Positions 13,644 through 29,417 of a stretch of 64,000 nt of DNA are shown here, piece after piece. The DNA is taken from the NCBI GenBank assembly GCA_964016885.1, contig OZ024742.1, positions 352,222,001 through 352,286,000 on the forward strand, read 5' to 3'. The DNA comes from Eledone cirrhosa. Taxonomy: Eukaryota. The first letter of the stretch is position 1, and each line of letters opens with the position of its first letter. The position numbers were made by a program, and so were the translations under genes. The notes beneath the pieces are model-generated. The model ran no database searches. It worked only from the letters and a program-made list of their open reading frames with translations, and was not told the origin of the DNA.

Positions 13644-14412
13644 CTATAAAGCTCAGTGTGTGGTCATGCTCCTTCTTTATAGAAATCTACGATATAGAAT
13701 TTCTTCAATTGAAACTTACAACTCAGTACTCGAAATAGCTTCGATTGCGTCTTGACGCAGATAATTTATTCAATTTCACCCACAATTACAAAAAATAGAT
13801 AAAACTCAATATTTTTCTCTCTCATTTAAACTGCTGAACCCTTACTACTACCATTCAAAATCTATACAACTTCATACTTTCTGCTACTTTGTCTTTCCAA
13901 GCTTGATGGTGATACTGTCCGTTCACACCACTCCCTACTGTCTTAAATTTAGAAAACACATATCCACTATGAGGTTACTAAACCTGCTAGAAACAGCAGC
14001 TAACTCTCCCCCATATCTTAAATTTAGAAAACATATCTTCTATGAGGTCACTAAACCTGCTAGAAACAGCAGCTAACTCTCCCTCATATCACAACCCTCC
14101 CTACTGTCTTAAATTTAGAAAACACACAGTCAACCATGCAGAATAAGTCCATCGCAGCTCTGTTGTTCGGCTAGCATCGTCTATGCGCGTGTTGCGCAAG
14201 TAATGTGAAACAATAAATTTCAACACTTTTTTGCACAGAGATAATATCCATAGGCGAAACTACAATTGTCACTGGTGGCGCAGCTCATGCTTCCAGGTCT
14301 GCAATTCATTCACCCAGTGCCTGGCAGACAAAAAGGTGCTGCCATAAAATGGGTGGTGCAACCTAACTTTGGTAACTTAATGACCCCGAGCAACGTCGGG
14401 CTTTAATGCTAG
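13644..14412 (+). mobile_element. Putative non-autonomous Helitron with an internal ~60-bp tandem duplication
   Basis: Possible 5' 'TCTATAAAG' start. 3' hairpin cccga-gcaacg-tcggg followed by CTAG|T. 'tatgaggt.actaaacctgctagaaacagcagctaactctccc' is duplicated at ~13968 and ~14041. Confidence 0.5.
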
Positions 14413-14713
14413 TATATATATATATACGTGTGTGCGTGCGCGTGTGTGTGTGTATGTGTGTATGTGTGTATGTGTGTCTCTGTGTGCGTGCGTGTGTGTG
14501 CATAATTTTTGTTTGCATAGTTCACCACAGATACAGACACACATACACACTCTCATACGCGCACATATAGACAAACAGAAACACACACACGCACACACAC
14601 GCACGCACACACAGACACACATGCACACATACACAGACACACTCTGTCATAATATAGATTTCTGATTTCGGTATCTTTCTTAGTTAATCAAATCTACTGA
14701 ACCACTTATTATA

Positions 14714-14801
<88 letters not shown>

Positions 14802-15107
14802 AACAAGGGGAAGAAGATTATTGCATGGTTGCACATGGATTACATATTATAAAATTAGTCCCTCATCAGTGATCTTGCCAACCATCATTGGTATTTCATC
14901 GCATTAAAAATCAGATACCTCAGGTTGGTGCGAGCAATAACTAAAATAACCTATTGGGACAAGTGAAACGCGTAAAGCGAGTGACACAAGTAAACAACAG
15001 AAGGAAAAGCAAACCGGAGGTTGGAAAACAGCAAGCCACATGATAGTTATCAAATCAGCATAAGCTGGGTGAATTTCATGAGCGGTCAGAAAAGCAGACC
15101 GTACGCC

Positions 15108-15167
<60 letters not shown>

Positions 15168-15861
15168 GTGTGTGTGTGATTGTGTCTGTATGTGTGTGTG
15201 TGTATGTGTCTGTATGAGTCTGTGTGTGTGTGCGTGTGTGTGTTTCTGGCTGTATATCTGTATGTGCGCGTGAGAGTGAGTATGTGTGTTTGTGTGTCTG
15301 TGGTCGACTATGCAAACAAAAGACGGAATTAATTGCTTAATCATTGTATTGTTTCACAATCAATGAACTGATTACGCACTAAACTACTCCTTTTGTTTTC
15401 ATTGTTCAACACATATTTGTATATATGTCTCTAAATCTCGGTGAGATTGCACAATACTATCCGTTATAATTAGAGACTACAAGAGAAAGAACTTCCATCA
15501 GCAGATCTCTTTGGAATTATTTCGGGAATATGGTGATTTAACAACGTTGTTAGACCTGTATATACAAGTGTATGTAAAGACATCTGTTTTAGAACATATC
15601 CAGCAAATTTATAATAGGTCCAACGAAGCATAGGAGTAATTGCGAGGATCTATTACAGCCGAGTAAAATTCACTAACATATTGAGTCAACATTTGACGGG
15701 ATCAGTGTCGTACTGAAATAGGTGAGGCGCACCATATTGCGCGAATCACCCTCATTATACTACAATGCAAATGCAAAGTATGTCTCATTATTCCCATGGG
15801 ATTGGTAAGGTTCATATACCGTAATGATAAAAGAAAACACACAAGCACGCACGTGATATAC

Positions 15862-15901
<40 letters not shown>

Positions 15902-15944
15902 CACATGCGTGTTTGTGTGTTTATATATATATATGTGTATATAC

Positions 15945-17320
15945 AGGGAAAAATATGACCCCGACGGCTGAGCTCAAGCCGTTACGACGGCTATTTTCGG
16001 ACTAAGTTCGAATATTTAGCCTGGTGAATACATAGCCGAACCTGTCAGGGGGGTACTTCCTTATGTCGGAAGATTGTAGTTGTCAATAGGATTGGTTAAA
16101 ATTTGTTGTAAACACAAATAAGTCTATCATGGCATTTGGTGGGAGGTAGGGGTGGTTGAATTTGCCTGTAGAACAATAGGTGAGTGAGTGGAGCGGACTA
16201 GCGTTGAAAGTCATATGTGTACAGCAGATTCTAAGGATAGTGTATGAAGTGGAGGAGGGAGGTTATAGAATAGGTAAATCGAATGAGAGTAGGAGACAAT
16301 AAAAGATAATAGAAAGATATAAACAAATATATATAAAATTAGATAGTGAGAAATGAATAACATTATCACAATGCTATCTTACAATTACAGGTTAATAAGT
16401 TGAGAATAGAAAAAACTTGTGGAAATTGAGAAGTAACAAAACTTATACAAAATTAAAGGGGTTTAACACGTCTGCTATACGTAGTTAGTAAACGTATTCG
16501 GCCAATTCTATTTTAAACTTACTGTGGTGGGGAAATTGATGCTACAGAGGCCCGATTGGCTGCATCGGGGTAGGCGAAAGGGGAAAAGCAGACGAGGAAG
16601 AAAATAGGGTGTGGAAGGAAGGGATAGGATGAGACAGGGGGAAGAAGAAGACAAAGACGAAAAGAAAAGAGATACATCTACACATGTAAGCTGGGGTTTC
16701 CCCGAACTTATTCGCCAAGTGTGTGTGTGGGGGGGGGGTATCAGCCCTTGTCTACCAACCCGGGTCGTTATGGGGTTTGAGGGCGGATTAAGCCCTACGC
16801 AATCTGTAAGATAGCATTTTGGTTTCTTTATTCATTTCTCACTATCTAATTTTATATATTTTTTTTATATCTTTCTATTATCTTATATTGTCTCCTACTC
16901 TCATTCGATTTACCTATTCTATAACCTCCCTCCTCCACTTCATGCACTATCCTTAGAATCCGCTGTATACATATCACTTTCAACGCTTGACATCTCCACT
17001 CACTCACCTATTGTTCTACAGGCAAGTTCAGCCACCCCTACCTCCCATCTAATGCCATGATAGACTTATTTGTGTTTACAACAAATTTTAACCAATCCTC
17101 TTGACAACTACATTCTTCCCATATGAGGAACTACACCCTCGACAGATTCGGCTATTTATTCACCAGGCTAAAAATTATTATTTATTCAAGAAATAGCAGT
17201 CGAAACGGCTTCAGCTCTACCGTTGGGGTCATACTTTTTCCTATTTCCCACTCTACTACCATAAGTATTGAACACTATGGTGCGTTATGGTCCATCTGCT
17301 TCCATACAACAATTCCATTG
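15945..17320. mobile_element. PLE-type two-armed inverted insertion (~415-bp arms)
   Basis: 15945-16360 is the reverse complement of 16827-17241. It is flanked by (TA)n. Its terminal module is related to 19690-19818 and 44082-44200. Confidence 0.7.
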
Positions 17321-17333
17321 TTATGTATATCTG

Positions 17334-17519
<186 letters not shown>

Positions 17520-17599
17520 TATACATATATAAATACACAAACACGCATGTGAAATATATACATATATATACATTTATATACATATACATGTGAAATATA

Positions 17600-17636
<37 letters not shown>

Positions 17637-18233
17637 GAAAAATAACACAAGAGCGTCTACAACATCAACATATTTTTATTGGCTTACAATGTTTCTTCCT
17701 TACGTACCCGTAGTATTCGTCAGAGCTATAAAAGGGGTTTGATGGTGTTATGGACTCTACCAACCAAACATTCAAGAACAAAGAGTAAAGAGAGTAAAGA
17801 GCAAAAGTAGGGGACGATAAGTCTAATTTTGGTGCGGGAGGGTGGGGTGTGGGTCTTTGTTTACTAGCTGCGGTCATATTCATTCCCGGGAGTCGGGTGG
17901 TTAGCTGAACCATAGATGGGGAGGCGTTGATAGTATGGTGCAGAGGGTGCGCAGAGGCTACACAAACACAAAGGGCATACAATATATATATATATATAGC
18001 GGAGGAGAAAGTACATGAGGTAATTGGAAATGGAAAAAGAGTAATAATAATAATCTATAATTAATAGTGTATAATAAGGCATGGGGAAGATTACACTATA
18101 ATAAGGTATAAAAGTAAGAGTAAGGTGAAATATAAAGGAGGATAAAAGTGGAAATAATAAAGATAAAATTATAAAGATAAAAACATATATAGAGAATTTA
18201 TAAAGAAATATAAGCGAATATTTGGAGGGGAAA

Positions 18234-18240
<7 letters not shown>
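17637..18240 (-). mobile_element. ~600-bp hammerhead-bearing non-coding element (solo pLTR-like), copy 1
   Basis: Near-identical reverse complement of 41125-41722. Hammerhead at 17674-17733 (-): gct-CTGACGA..tacgggtacgta..GAAA-cattg-TA-agc. Embedded in (TA)n. Confidence 0.8.
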
Positions 18241-19115
<875 letters not shown>

Positions 19116-19623
19116 AGAAAAAGAGATGGAATCGAAAATGCAACTGGAGTCTTATTTTTTTTTTAAATATATATATTTATTTGGTTCCTTTACCGGTTTC
19201 GTAGTTCTTCTGCTTTTCTAAAGGTGAGTTGAGATGGAGGGTCTGTGGTTTTTCTCACATCTCAGATGTGAGAAAAACCCTCTTCCTCTTTCCTTCCTAC
19301 CTCATTCGTTCTCTTATATCTAGTGTATCAAATATTTTCATATCATTCTACTACAATTTCTGACGAGATGGTGTGTTTTCTTACAGTGTACCTACGATTT
19401 ATGATAATATTTTTATATTATACAAATAGCGAGGTATAGGTAACCCATACACTATATAAACAATTGTTACCTAATAAATTATTTATACCCGCATTTCCGT
19501 TTCATAAACTTCTTCTTCATATTCTCTCCGGATTTTAAAACACACTTTATTATACGTTGAGCAATCTCCGACGTCGGTTGACTCCATCCAATGCGACTAC
19601 TTAGTCACATAGGAATACAGATT

Positions 19624-19663
<40 letters not shown>

Positions 19664-19836
19664 TTGTATATATATATATATATCACGTGTGAAATGTGAT
19701 AAGGAAGCAGATGGACCATAACGTACCAAAGTACTCAATACTTAGATTAGTAGAGTGAGTAATAGAATTAGCCGTCGAAACGGCTTGAACTCAGCCGTCG
19801 GGGTCCTACTCGTCCCTATATATATGTATATATGTA

Positions 19837-19920
<84 letters not shown>

Positions 19921-19923
<3 letters not shown>

Positions 19924-22900
19924 AGATCAACATATGGTTAAAAGTGTTCCATGTATTTTATTATGCGCATTGCAAAAACAAATACCATCTTGCGATGACA
20001 TTTGCGTTTTCGTCAGACAAAATAAGGAGACATGATATGAAGGTTATAAAACACTTGTGAATAGTGCAGTTTTAAATCAACATGTGAAAAGTAGTTTAAG
20101 ATTGATGTGTGATATTGGGAAAAAAAGAGGGGGTGGGGAAAGCATGTAAAAGAGGAGGAGATGTGAGTAAAGAATGGAAGGGGAGGAGTATAATAAGGAA
20201 GGATGAGATAGGAGAGATGGGTGATAGAAAGAGAGAGATAATCTTTATAACTGAGAAAAATATATTGTTTTACAGAGAGAGGTTAAAAAGCCCTTGGAAG
20301 ATAATATATGAATTAAAGGAATTTGAAAATTAATGAAGAGAAAAAATTAAGAATAATGTTAAATTAAGGGTTGTATATTGAAGGGTTTAATAATATGTGC
20401 GATGAAAAGAAATTGTTAATATGTATTAAGAATAATATTAAATTAAGGTTCGAATATTGAAGGGTTTAATAATATGTGCGATGGAAAGAAATTGTTGATA
20501 TGTATTATTAAAATAAAAATATTAATGTTATTAAGGATATCATGTGAAAAGAAGTAGATGAGTGGATGAATTATGAATTTAGAGGAATTAGTTAATGTTT
20601 AAGTTTGCTTTTATGTAATGTAATATGTATGTGTAATATATGTAAATAGTTTGTTTACAAATGAGCGCAGAAAGCAAAGAAGGAGATAGTGTTTAAGGTA
20701 GAGAAGATACTAACATCAAAATATGTATGTTTATGAAGTATTTCCTAATGGTAATAATATAATGTAATAAAGGAGATTAGTTAAGGTTTAAGTTTGTTTT
20801 TATGTATTGTGATGTGTAATATGTAGAAATTAGACGAGCATGAAAGGAAGAAAAAAATAATGAATTGAGGACTAATAATCTAACGTAAAAAAAATGTTTA
20901 TGTTTACGAAGGATTTTTAAAGGTGATACTATAAAGTATTTAAAAGGGTAATAGTAAGTTTTATGGCCAGTGATAAGATGGAAGAAGGAAGAGTGGATAT
21001 ATTGTGGTGAGTAATTATGAGAATTGAGAAGTATCTAGGAAGAAAAGTTACAGATTAGAGGTTAGAAATTAAAAGAAAAAAGAAGAAAGGGAAGTGATAA
21101 TAAGAATGATATAGAATGGGTAACTAGTATTATATAATGTATAATAAATAACATGGACATAAGGTAGAAAGATGGGTATATTTTTAAAGAAATATATATA
21201 TATATATATATGCCTTTGAGAAAAAGGATTTTAAATTGGTAAAGTATCAGATATTAGCCGGAAATGTTATGGAATGTTCTGTGGAATTTATGCAAGCAGA
21301 GAGAAAATAAGTCAGTGCGTCTATTTATTATTGAATCTGAATTAGATATACTGGTAACTTTCTGACATAAACAGAGATTACATGTTTTGGATAGAGAGGC
21401 ATTCAAATGTGGAGAGGCAGAACAAACTTTCTTCCAATAGATGTTATGGTTAATATTTTTGTCTTTCAAGGATCATATGAGTTCTGAGAGTGCCGTGTTG
21501 GTTCTTTTAAGTTGGTATTTAAAAGACGAATGATGATTATAAAGACGAGCTTTAAAGGTGGAAGTGGAGCCAAAATAGGTAAAGGAATTGGTGTCAGTTA
21601 TAACTTTACATTCATAGATTAAGTTTTTTTCAAGACAATGGTTGTTGAGAGGACATTTATATTTAACAGGGTAATTACAATTGCGATTAGAGACATTAAC
21701 ACAGTTATTGACAAGTGACCTAGTGTTATCTATAGGAGGAATTGGATTGGAGAAGTTATTTACGATAGGAATAATAGTTTCTTGATTTAGATTGGGATTA
21801 AGAACATTTAACGAAGTTGCGTTTGACGTCGTATTCGGGTTTGCAGAAATTAGCCTAGAGTTAACAATGACGTCGGGTGTACTACTGCTATTATTATGAT
21901 AATCAGTGTTGGAAGGAAGAGATTTACTATTTAGTATTTTATTGTTGTGTTTAGAGATAATGTTGGAGATGTTGGAGGAGGTCGAATAGGAAAATGTTAT
22001 AGTATGTTTGTTAAATATTTTACTATAGATATGTGAGGGAGGGAAGCATTTATTTAAGGCACTAAAGAATAATTTAGGAATATTATTATTAATAGAGATG
22101 GAGAAAGGAGCATTATACCAGATTATATTTTTGTATCTAGGTCTCTTATTAAAGTTATTGGAATGATCATGATTAATTATGTTACTGTAAGATCTTCTAG
22201 GATTGGTTTTTTATTGTATTTGATTTTATCAGCATAACCGGCTTTAGAAAGCGCATTATTATAGTAATTGGTGTTAGCATCAAAGATGTTATTATTATAT
22301 GATAGGTTTGATATTCTTTTTCCAATATTACTAACTAGAGCATTTTTAATGTTAGTGGGGTGGTTAGATTTAAATTTAACATAATTTAGATTCTCATTGT
22401 TTTTATGGTAAGGGTAAGATAGGCCAGTGTCAAGATTAAGAGATATATCCCAGAAGTTAGCTAGTTTGATGTTGTTATCAAATTAAATGTTTACGTTATG
22501 TTGGTTAAAGAGATCACGTATATTGTTCTTAATAATATTAAGTTTAACTATGTTTCAATTTAAGATAGTAAAAAGTCCATCGTCCCGATAAATTCCACGC
22601 GAAGTTGAGGAATTTTCCGATTCAAAGAGTTCAAAATAAAGATACCAATTAAATCTGTCAATTGGGATGAATCGGATGCAGCCATTGTAATGTCAAAGTT
22701 GTTGGAGGTATCAGCTCTGGACAGTATTCATTGTTGTATTCTAAGATGGTTTTACGTGCGGTGAGAATGATGAGAAGTTCATCTGTCGTGATGTCAGGAA
22801 TATTTATAAGCGAAAGATAGAGCATTGTTGAGAAGTGAGTGCGAAATAGAAGAATAGTAGCTGGCAATATCAAATTGAATAAATGTTTGTTTGTTTTTCT

Positions 22901-24628
22901 TATTCAATGTGTTGAACCAGCCTATTACTTCAGAAGTACCAAACCATACATTTAAGTTAGAAGTAGAGCAATTAGAACGAACCTGTTGGATAAGTCTATC
23001 CAAGATAGCTTCGCTAACAGCCCCATATTTGATTTAGAGGGGGTGATTAGTCTAACAGGTAGTTCAGTACGAAAGTAGTTTTGTGATCCTTGAGATTTAA
23101 CCTCGGAGTTCTTGGGAGGAATGGTTCGGTCTTTTTTTCGATGCCAGGTTTTGACATAATCTCAGAAGCTTCAAAGTTTATGGATTCTTAATTATCATGG
23201 TTAGTTTTGCGATATTTCTTCCTAAGTTTTTTAAAGATAAGGTTGTTATAGTTATCCTTAGATATACCATATACATTATTTGTTTTGTCGGAGTGGACTA
23301 AAACATTTTTTGAGAAATTTAGGTTTAAAATCGTATTCTTGAAATTTACAAGGTGCTCTTGTCCTCTGTAAAGGTTTCCCTTGATTTTAAGATTTCTTAT
23401 AATGTTAGATAACTCTTCCTCGAATTGCACTAGATTTTGTTGGAAGGAGGATTTCTTCTAGAATTAAATAAATGATTAAATAAACTGGCCATAAAACTTA
23501 CTATTACCCTTTTAAATACTTTATAGTATCACCTTTAAAAATGCTTTGTAAACATAAACATTTTTTTTGCGTTAGATTATTCCTCCTTAATTCATTATTT
23601 GTTTCTCCCTTTCATGCTCGTCTAACATTTACATTTTACACATCACAATACATAAAAACAAACTTATACCCTAACTAATCTCCTTTATTACATTATATTA
23701 TTACTATTAGGAAATACTTCATAAACATACATATTTTGATGTTAGAGTCTTCTCTTCCTTAAACACTATCTCCTTCTTTGCTTTCTGCGCTCATTTGTAA
23801 ACAAACTATTTACATATATTACACATACATATTACAATACATAAAAACAAACTTACACACTAACTAATTCCTCTAAATTCATAGTTCATCCACTCCTCTA
23901 CTTCTTTTCACATTATATCCTTAATAACATTAATATTTTTATTTTAATAATACATATAAACAATTTCTTTCCATCGCACATATTATTAAACCCTTCAATA
24001 TTCGAACCTTAATTTAATATTATTCTTAATACATATTATCAATTTCTTTTTATCGCACATATTATTAAACCCTTAAATATACAAACCGTAATTTAACATT
24101 ATTCTTAATTTTTTCTCTTCATTAATTTTCAAATTATTTTAATTCATATTTTATCTTCCAAGGGCTTTTTAACCTCTCTCTGTAAAACAATATAGTTTTC
24201 TCAGTTATAAAGGCTATTTCTCTTTCTATCACCCATCGCTCCTCCTATCTCATCCTTCCTTATTATACTCCTTCCCCTCCATTCTTTACTAACATCTCCT
24301 CCTCTTTTTCATCCTTTCCAACACCTCTCATTTTTTTTCCTAATATCACACATCAATCTTAAACTACTTTTCATATGTTGATTTAAAACTGCACTATTCA
24401 CAAGTGTTTTTTAACCTTCATATCATGTCTCCCTATTTTAGCTGACGAAAACGTAAATGTCATCGCATGATGATATTTGTTTTTGAAATGCGCATGATAA
24501 AATACCTGGAACTCTGTTAACCATCTTTTGATCTTATATTATTTATACTCCAGTCCTACAAACTGTTGAGTGCTACTTATCCGATATCTGCATTGCTTAA
24601 TTGTACTACAATAAATCTCACCTCCTAC

Positions 24629-24631
<3 letters not shown>
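19921..24631 (-). mobile_element. Decayed Penelope-like retroelement (RT + GIY-YIG, CxC..CP..C linker type) with ~1.05-kb inverted pLTR arms
   Basis: Minus-strand fragments: FIQFDIASYYSSI, YRDDG (rc of 'ccatcgtcccgata' ~22580), PYHKxNENLNYV..SNHP, C-N-Y-P..KCPL..CL, YFGSTSTFKARLYNHH, CNLCLCQK..CLH. 19921-20971 is the reverse complement of 23484-24538; the extra tail 24540-24631 is on the right arm only. Confidence 0.88.
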
Positions 24632-24716
<85 letters not shown>

Positions 24717-24876
24717 CACATACTATAAGGACCGGAAGAAAGATTAAGTTTGCCATCATGACACATTTAATAGGATATATATTTTTCTTTATGGATCAGC
24801 TCGAAGCAAATTATATTATTGATCGCACCCATCTCTGTAATCGAAAGGTCGTCAGATATTCCTAGTGCATGAGTTC

Positions 24877-24986
<110 letters not shown>

Positions 24987-25339
24987 GATAACATGAATTA
25001 TCGTCATATGTATTCCAGTTAGCGGTTGTGAATACTCTGTATTGGATAGTTTTAACGTACTGCGTTGTTTGACTCAACAAGAAGTTTCCTTGTGTATCGA
25101 GTGTGTGAGTTCTCGGGAATTACTATGCAAGTTAATCTTGGAGTAATAATAGTGAAAGAGTGAAGAATAACATCGTCAACAGTTTTTTTCTGATGATCTG
25201 GTTAAGCAGACATTGTATTTAAAATTGAGTGATAAAACTTCAACTGATTAGCAACTTTTAGCAACTTGATCAATGAAACCTTTGTAATATTGTAAATAAA
25301 ACCGTTTTTGTACTTTTGACCATGTTATTCTTCACTCTT

Positions 25340-25394
<55 letters not shown>

Positions 25395-25604
25395 GTCTGA
25401 AGGCTCTGATACAACGATACACCATAATCACAGAGCTGGCATATCTAAGAACTGACTATCTGCCTGTTGATGTCATAGTCATTCAATGGCTATCATCGAA
25501 ATATAAATGGCAGTAAATAAAGGATTATGAATTCATGCAATTGATTTATGTTTCGTCTCTCTATATATATATACATATATATACACATATATAAATATAT
25601 ATAT

Positions 25605-26390
<786 letters not shown>

Positions 26391-26394
<4 letters not shown>

Positions 26395-26595
26395 TTATTA
26401 AAATTACAGATCAAAGTTGAAGCAAATAATCACTGCTTTCACCCTTAACGGGATCTTCTGAAACGATTCTTTGTTTAAACTTTAATCTGTTATTTTAATA
26501 AATATCTGCTCTAGGGTTCTTATGTATTTGATATATATTTCTCCATATCGAGACTTCTTTGTATTTTAGTCTTCGCATTTATTATTATTACGATA
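26391..26595. mobile_element. Minimal two-armed insertion of the same PLE family
   Basis: 26391-26464 is inverted and 26465-26595 is direct relative to 29165-29330. Confidence 0.75.
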
Positions 26596-27071
26596 TATTT
26601 ATATATATATTTCTGTTTGTGAGTCTGTATGTATATGAGGAATGGTGGAAATATTCAACATATGGAACCATTCTTCTCATTGCATATGTTTTCCTACTGC
26701 TAAAGGGAAAATGCAATGTAAAAACACTAACATTAATACCATAATTAAATCGAATATATAAAATCAAATTATAAACAATTTACAATCTGCCCAATATTAC
26801 AAAGCTGTCAAGAGTGAGATGTTATAAAATCATTAATTAATTATGAACTATTAGCATTTTTGAATTCCGACAATATAATTATTTGAGCTATCGTAGAGAA
26901 TATCATCTATAATTGTAGTTATGTTAAACAAACCCGATTGCCTCAATTTACATGGCATTCTATCAGAAATACACAGACTTAAATATATAAATACATACAC
27001 ACATACATGCAGAAATAGATAAACACACACATAAGAGGAAAAAACACAATACATAAAATTCACTAATAATA

Positions 27072-27098
<27 letters not shown>

Positions 27099-27102
<4 letters not shown>

Positions 27103-29326
27103 TTATTAAAATAACAGATTAAAGTTTAAGCAAATAATCGCTGCTTTCACCCTTAACGGGATCTTCTCAAACTAACAAAGTCAATCTGTAAACGCAGAAC
27201 TGGATATTTAAAAAAACGTTGCAACCGGAGGAAGACAGGAAGACGATACTTTGGTTCGTGGTAACGTTCGCTGGCAAAGAACGGGAAAAAACGAATATAA
27301 TACGTCATTTTTAGGAGCGGTGAAAAACAATTACGCGCAAAGACAGAACCACGTTTATGGTATAAAAGAGGTCGTAGACTAATGTTCTCTTAGGTGGTAC
27401 ATAGAGACGGTCTCTGGCAATGGACGAAAAAAACCTGAGATAATACGTCATATGTGGAGCGTGGAGAACAATAGCACGCAAAGACAAAACCACGTAAATG
27501 GTATAGCAGAAGTCGTAGACTAAATTGTTACTAGGAGACCGAATGAAACTCCGCTACAGAGTTAATAACAAAGTAAATAAATACAATACAGAAGTAATAG
27601 AAATAAATAAATACATACACGCAAACTTACCATAGGTAAACAAAACCACCCACATATAAATATGTGTGTGTGTATGTGTGTATGCACGTGTTCCTACGGC
27701 TAGGTAGTTTAGCTAAATTTGAAGCTCTGATGTTATGTGCAAGGTTAGGAGTCGTAGGAACACGTGCAACCCTGTAGTTAGTACTAACTGTAATTGTGGG
27801 AATCGGGTTGATTGCCCCCTATCCGGGAAATGCCTCTCTAGTAACATTGTCTACAAATGTAAGGTTGTAACACCCACGTCCCGTAGGGGCTACATAGGGT
27901 TTACCGCCAATAGATTCAAGCAGCGTCTTTACATGCATACTCATTATTTTCGTTACCCTCTAAGAAGGAATATGACGTCACTTTCAGCTTATATCTGGTG
28001 TCTAAAAGACAACCACACCCAATATAAGTTACACTGGGAGATCCTAGCTAGGGCTAGATGGTATAACGGAAATGAAAAACCATGTGACCTCTGCGCCGCT
28101 GAGGCCCTGGAAATACTCTACGCCACAGACCACATCTTAAACAAAAAATCTGAGGCAATTTCGGCTTGTAAACATAAATTGCACAAAACTTTCCTGTATT
28201 ACAGCCCCACGTTATACCCTAACGGATAGTACGATCTATACGTGGATATTATACATCTTGATGTGGGAGCTAAGTATATCTTTTGTTTATACCTTTACTT
28301 ATTTGCATAGATAAGTATATATTACGCGTATGTTTTGTGAAGGTACGTATACCTTCTCGTACGTATATTTGATTGTTATGGCGTATCATTTTTTTTATAT
28401 ATTCTGGTACATATGGTTCGGCTATGTGTATACGGGAGTTTTGCGTCTGTGTGAGTACGTAGGTTCGTACGTATGTAGGGCGTGTGTATATGTGTACTTC
28501 ATGTTTTGGTTGACTTACGTCTCCGAACATTCGTGTATTTACATGTAGGTATGTGTGTGCACTTGTTATATACGTATTTATTTATTCATATACGTTTATA
28601 TAATTATTTATTTATTTGTATACACGCATACACACACACACACATATTTATATGTGCGTGGTTTTGTTTACCTATGGTACGTTTTTGCGTATGCTTGTGT
28701 ATGTAAGTATTTGTTTGCGTGTATGTATTTATTTATTTCTATTACTTCTGTATTGTATTTATTTACTTTGTTCTTAACTCTGTAGCGGAGATTCATTCGG
28801 TCTCCTAGTTAGAATTTAGTCTACGACTTCTGCTATACCGTTTACGTGGTTTTGTCTTTGCGTGCTATTGTTCTCCCCGCTCCACATATGACGTATTATC
28901 TTCGTTTTTTTTCGTCCATTGCCAGAGAACGTCTCTATGCACCACCTAAGAGAACATTAGTCTACGATCTCTTTTATACCATAAACGTGGTTCTGTCTTT
29001 GCGCGTAATTGTTTTTCACCGCTCCTATTAATGACGTATTATATTCGTTTGTTCTCGTTCTTTGCCAGCGAACGTTTCCACGAACCAAAGTATCGTCTTC
29101 CTGTCTTCCTCCGGTTGCAACGTTTTTTGAAATATCCAGTTCTGCGTTTACAGATTGACTTTGTTAGTTTGAGAAGATCCCGTTAAGGGTGAAAGCAGCG
29201 ATTCTTTGCTTAAACGTTAATCTCTTATTTTAATAAATATTTGCTCTACGGTTCTTATATATTTTATATATATTTATCCTTATCGAGCCATCTTTGGATT
29301 TTAGTCTTCAAATTTATTAATATTAC

Positions 29327-29330
<4 letters not shown>
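27099..29330 (+). mobile_element. 5'-truncated Penelope-like element: inverted pLTR arm, GIY-YIG region, 3' pLTR
   Basis: 27099-~27685 is the reverse complement of ~28625-29240. Internal GIY-YIG ORF. Both ends abut (TA)n. Confidence 0.88.
27735..28229 (+). CDS. PLE GIY-YIG endonuclease domain (C-terminal fragment of the PLE ORF)
   Basis: CNCGNRVDCPLSGKC, then IVY..YIG.T..FKQRLY.H, TSLSAYIW.LK and CDLCAAEAL..ILNKKSE..CKH. Open for 164 aa. Confidence 0.85.
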   Translation: MCKVRSRRNTCNPVVSTNCNCGNRVDCPLSGKCLSSNIVYKCKVVTPTSRRGYIGFTANRFKQRLYMHTHYFRYPLRRNMTSLSAYIWCLKDNHTQYKLHWEILARARWYNGNEKPCDLCAAEALEILYATDHILNKKSEAISACKHKLHKTFLYYSPTLYPNG

Positions 29331-29410
<80 letters not shown>

Positions 29411-29417
29411 TATTATT

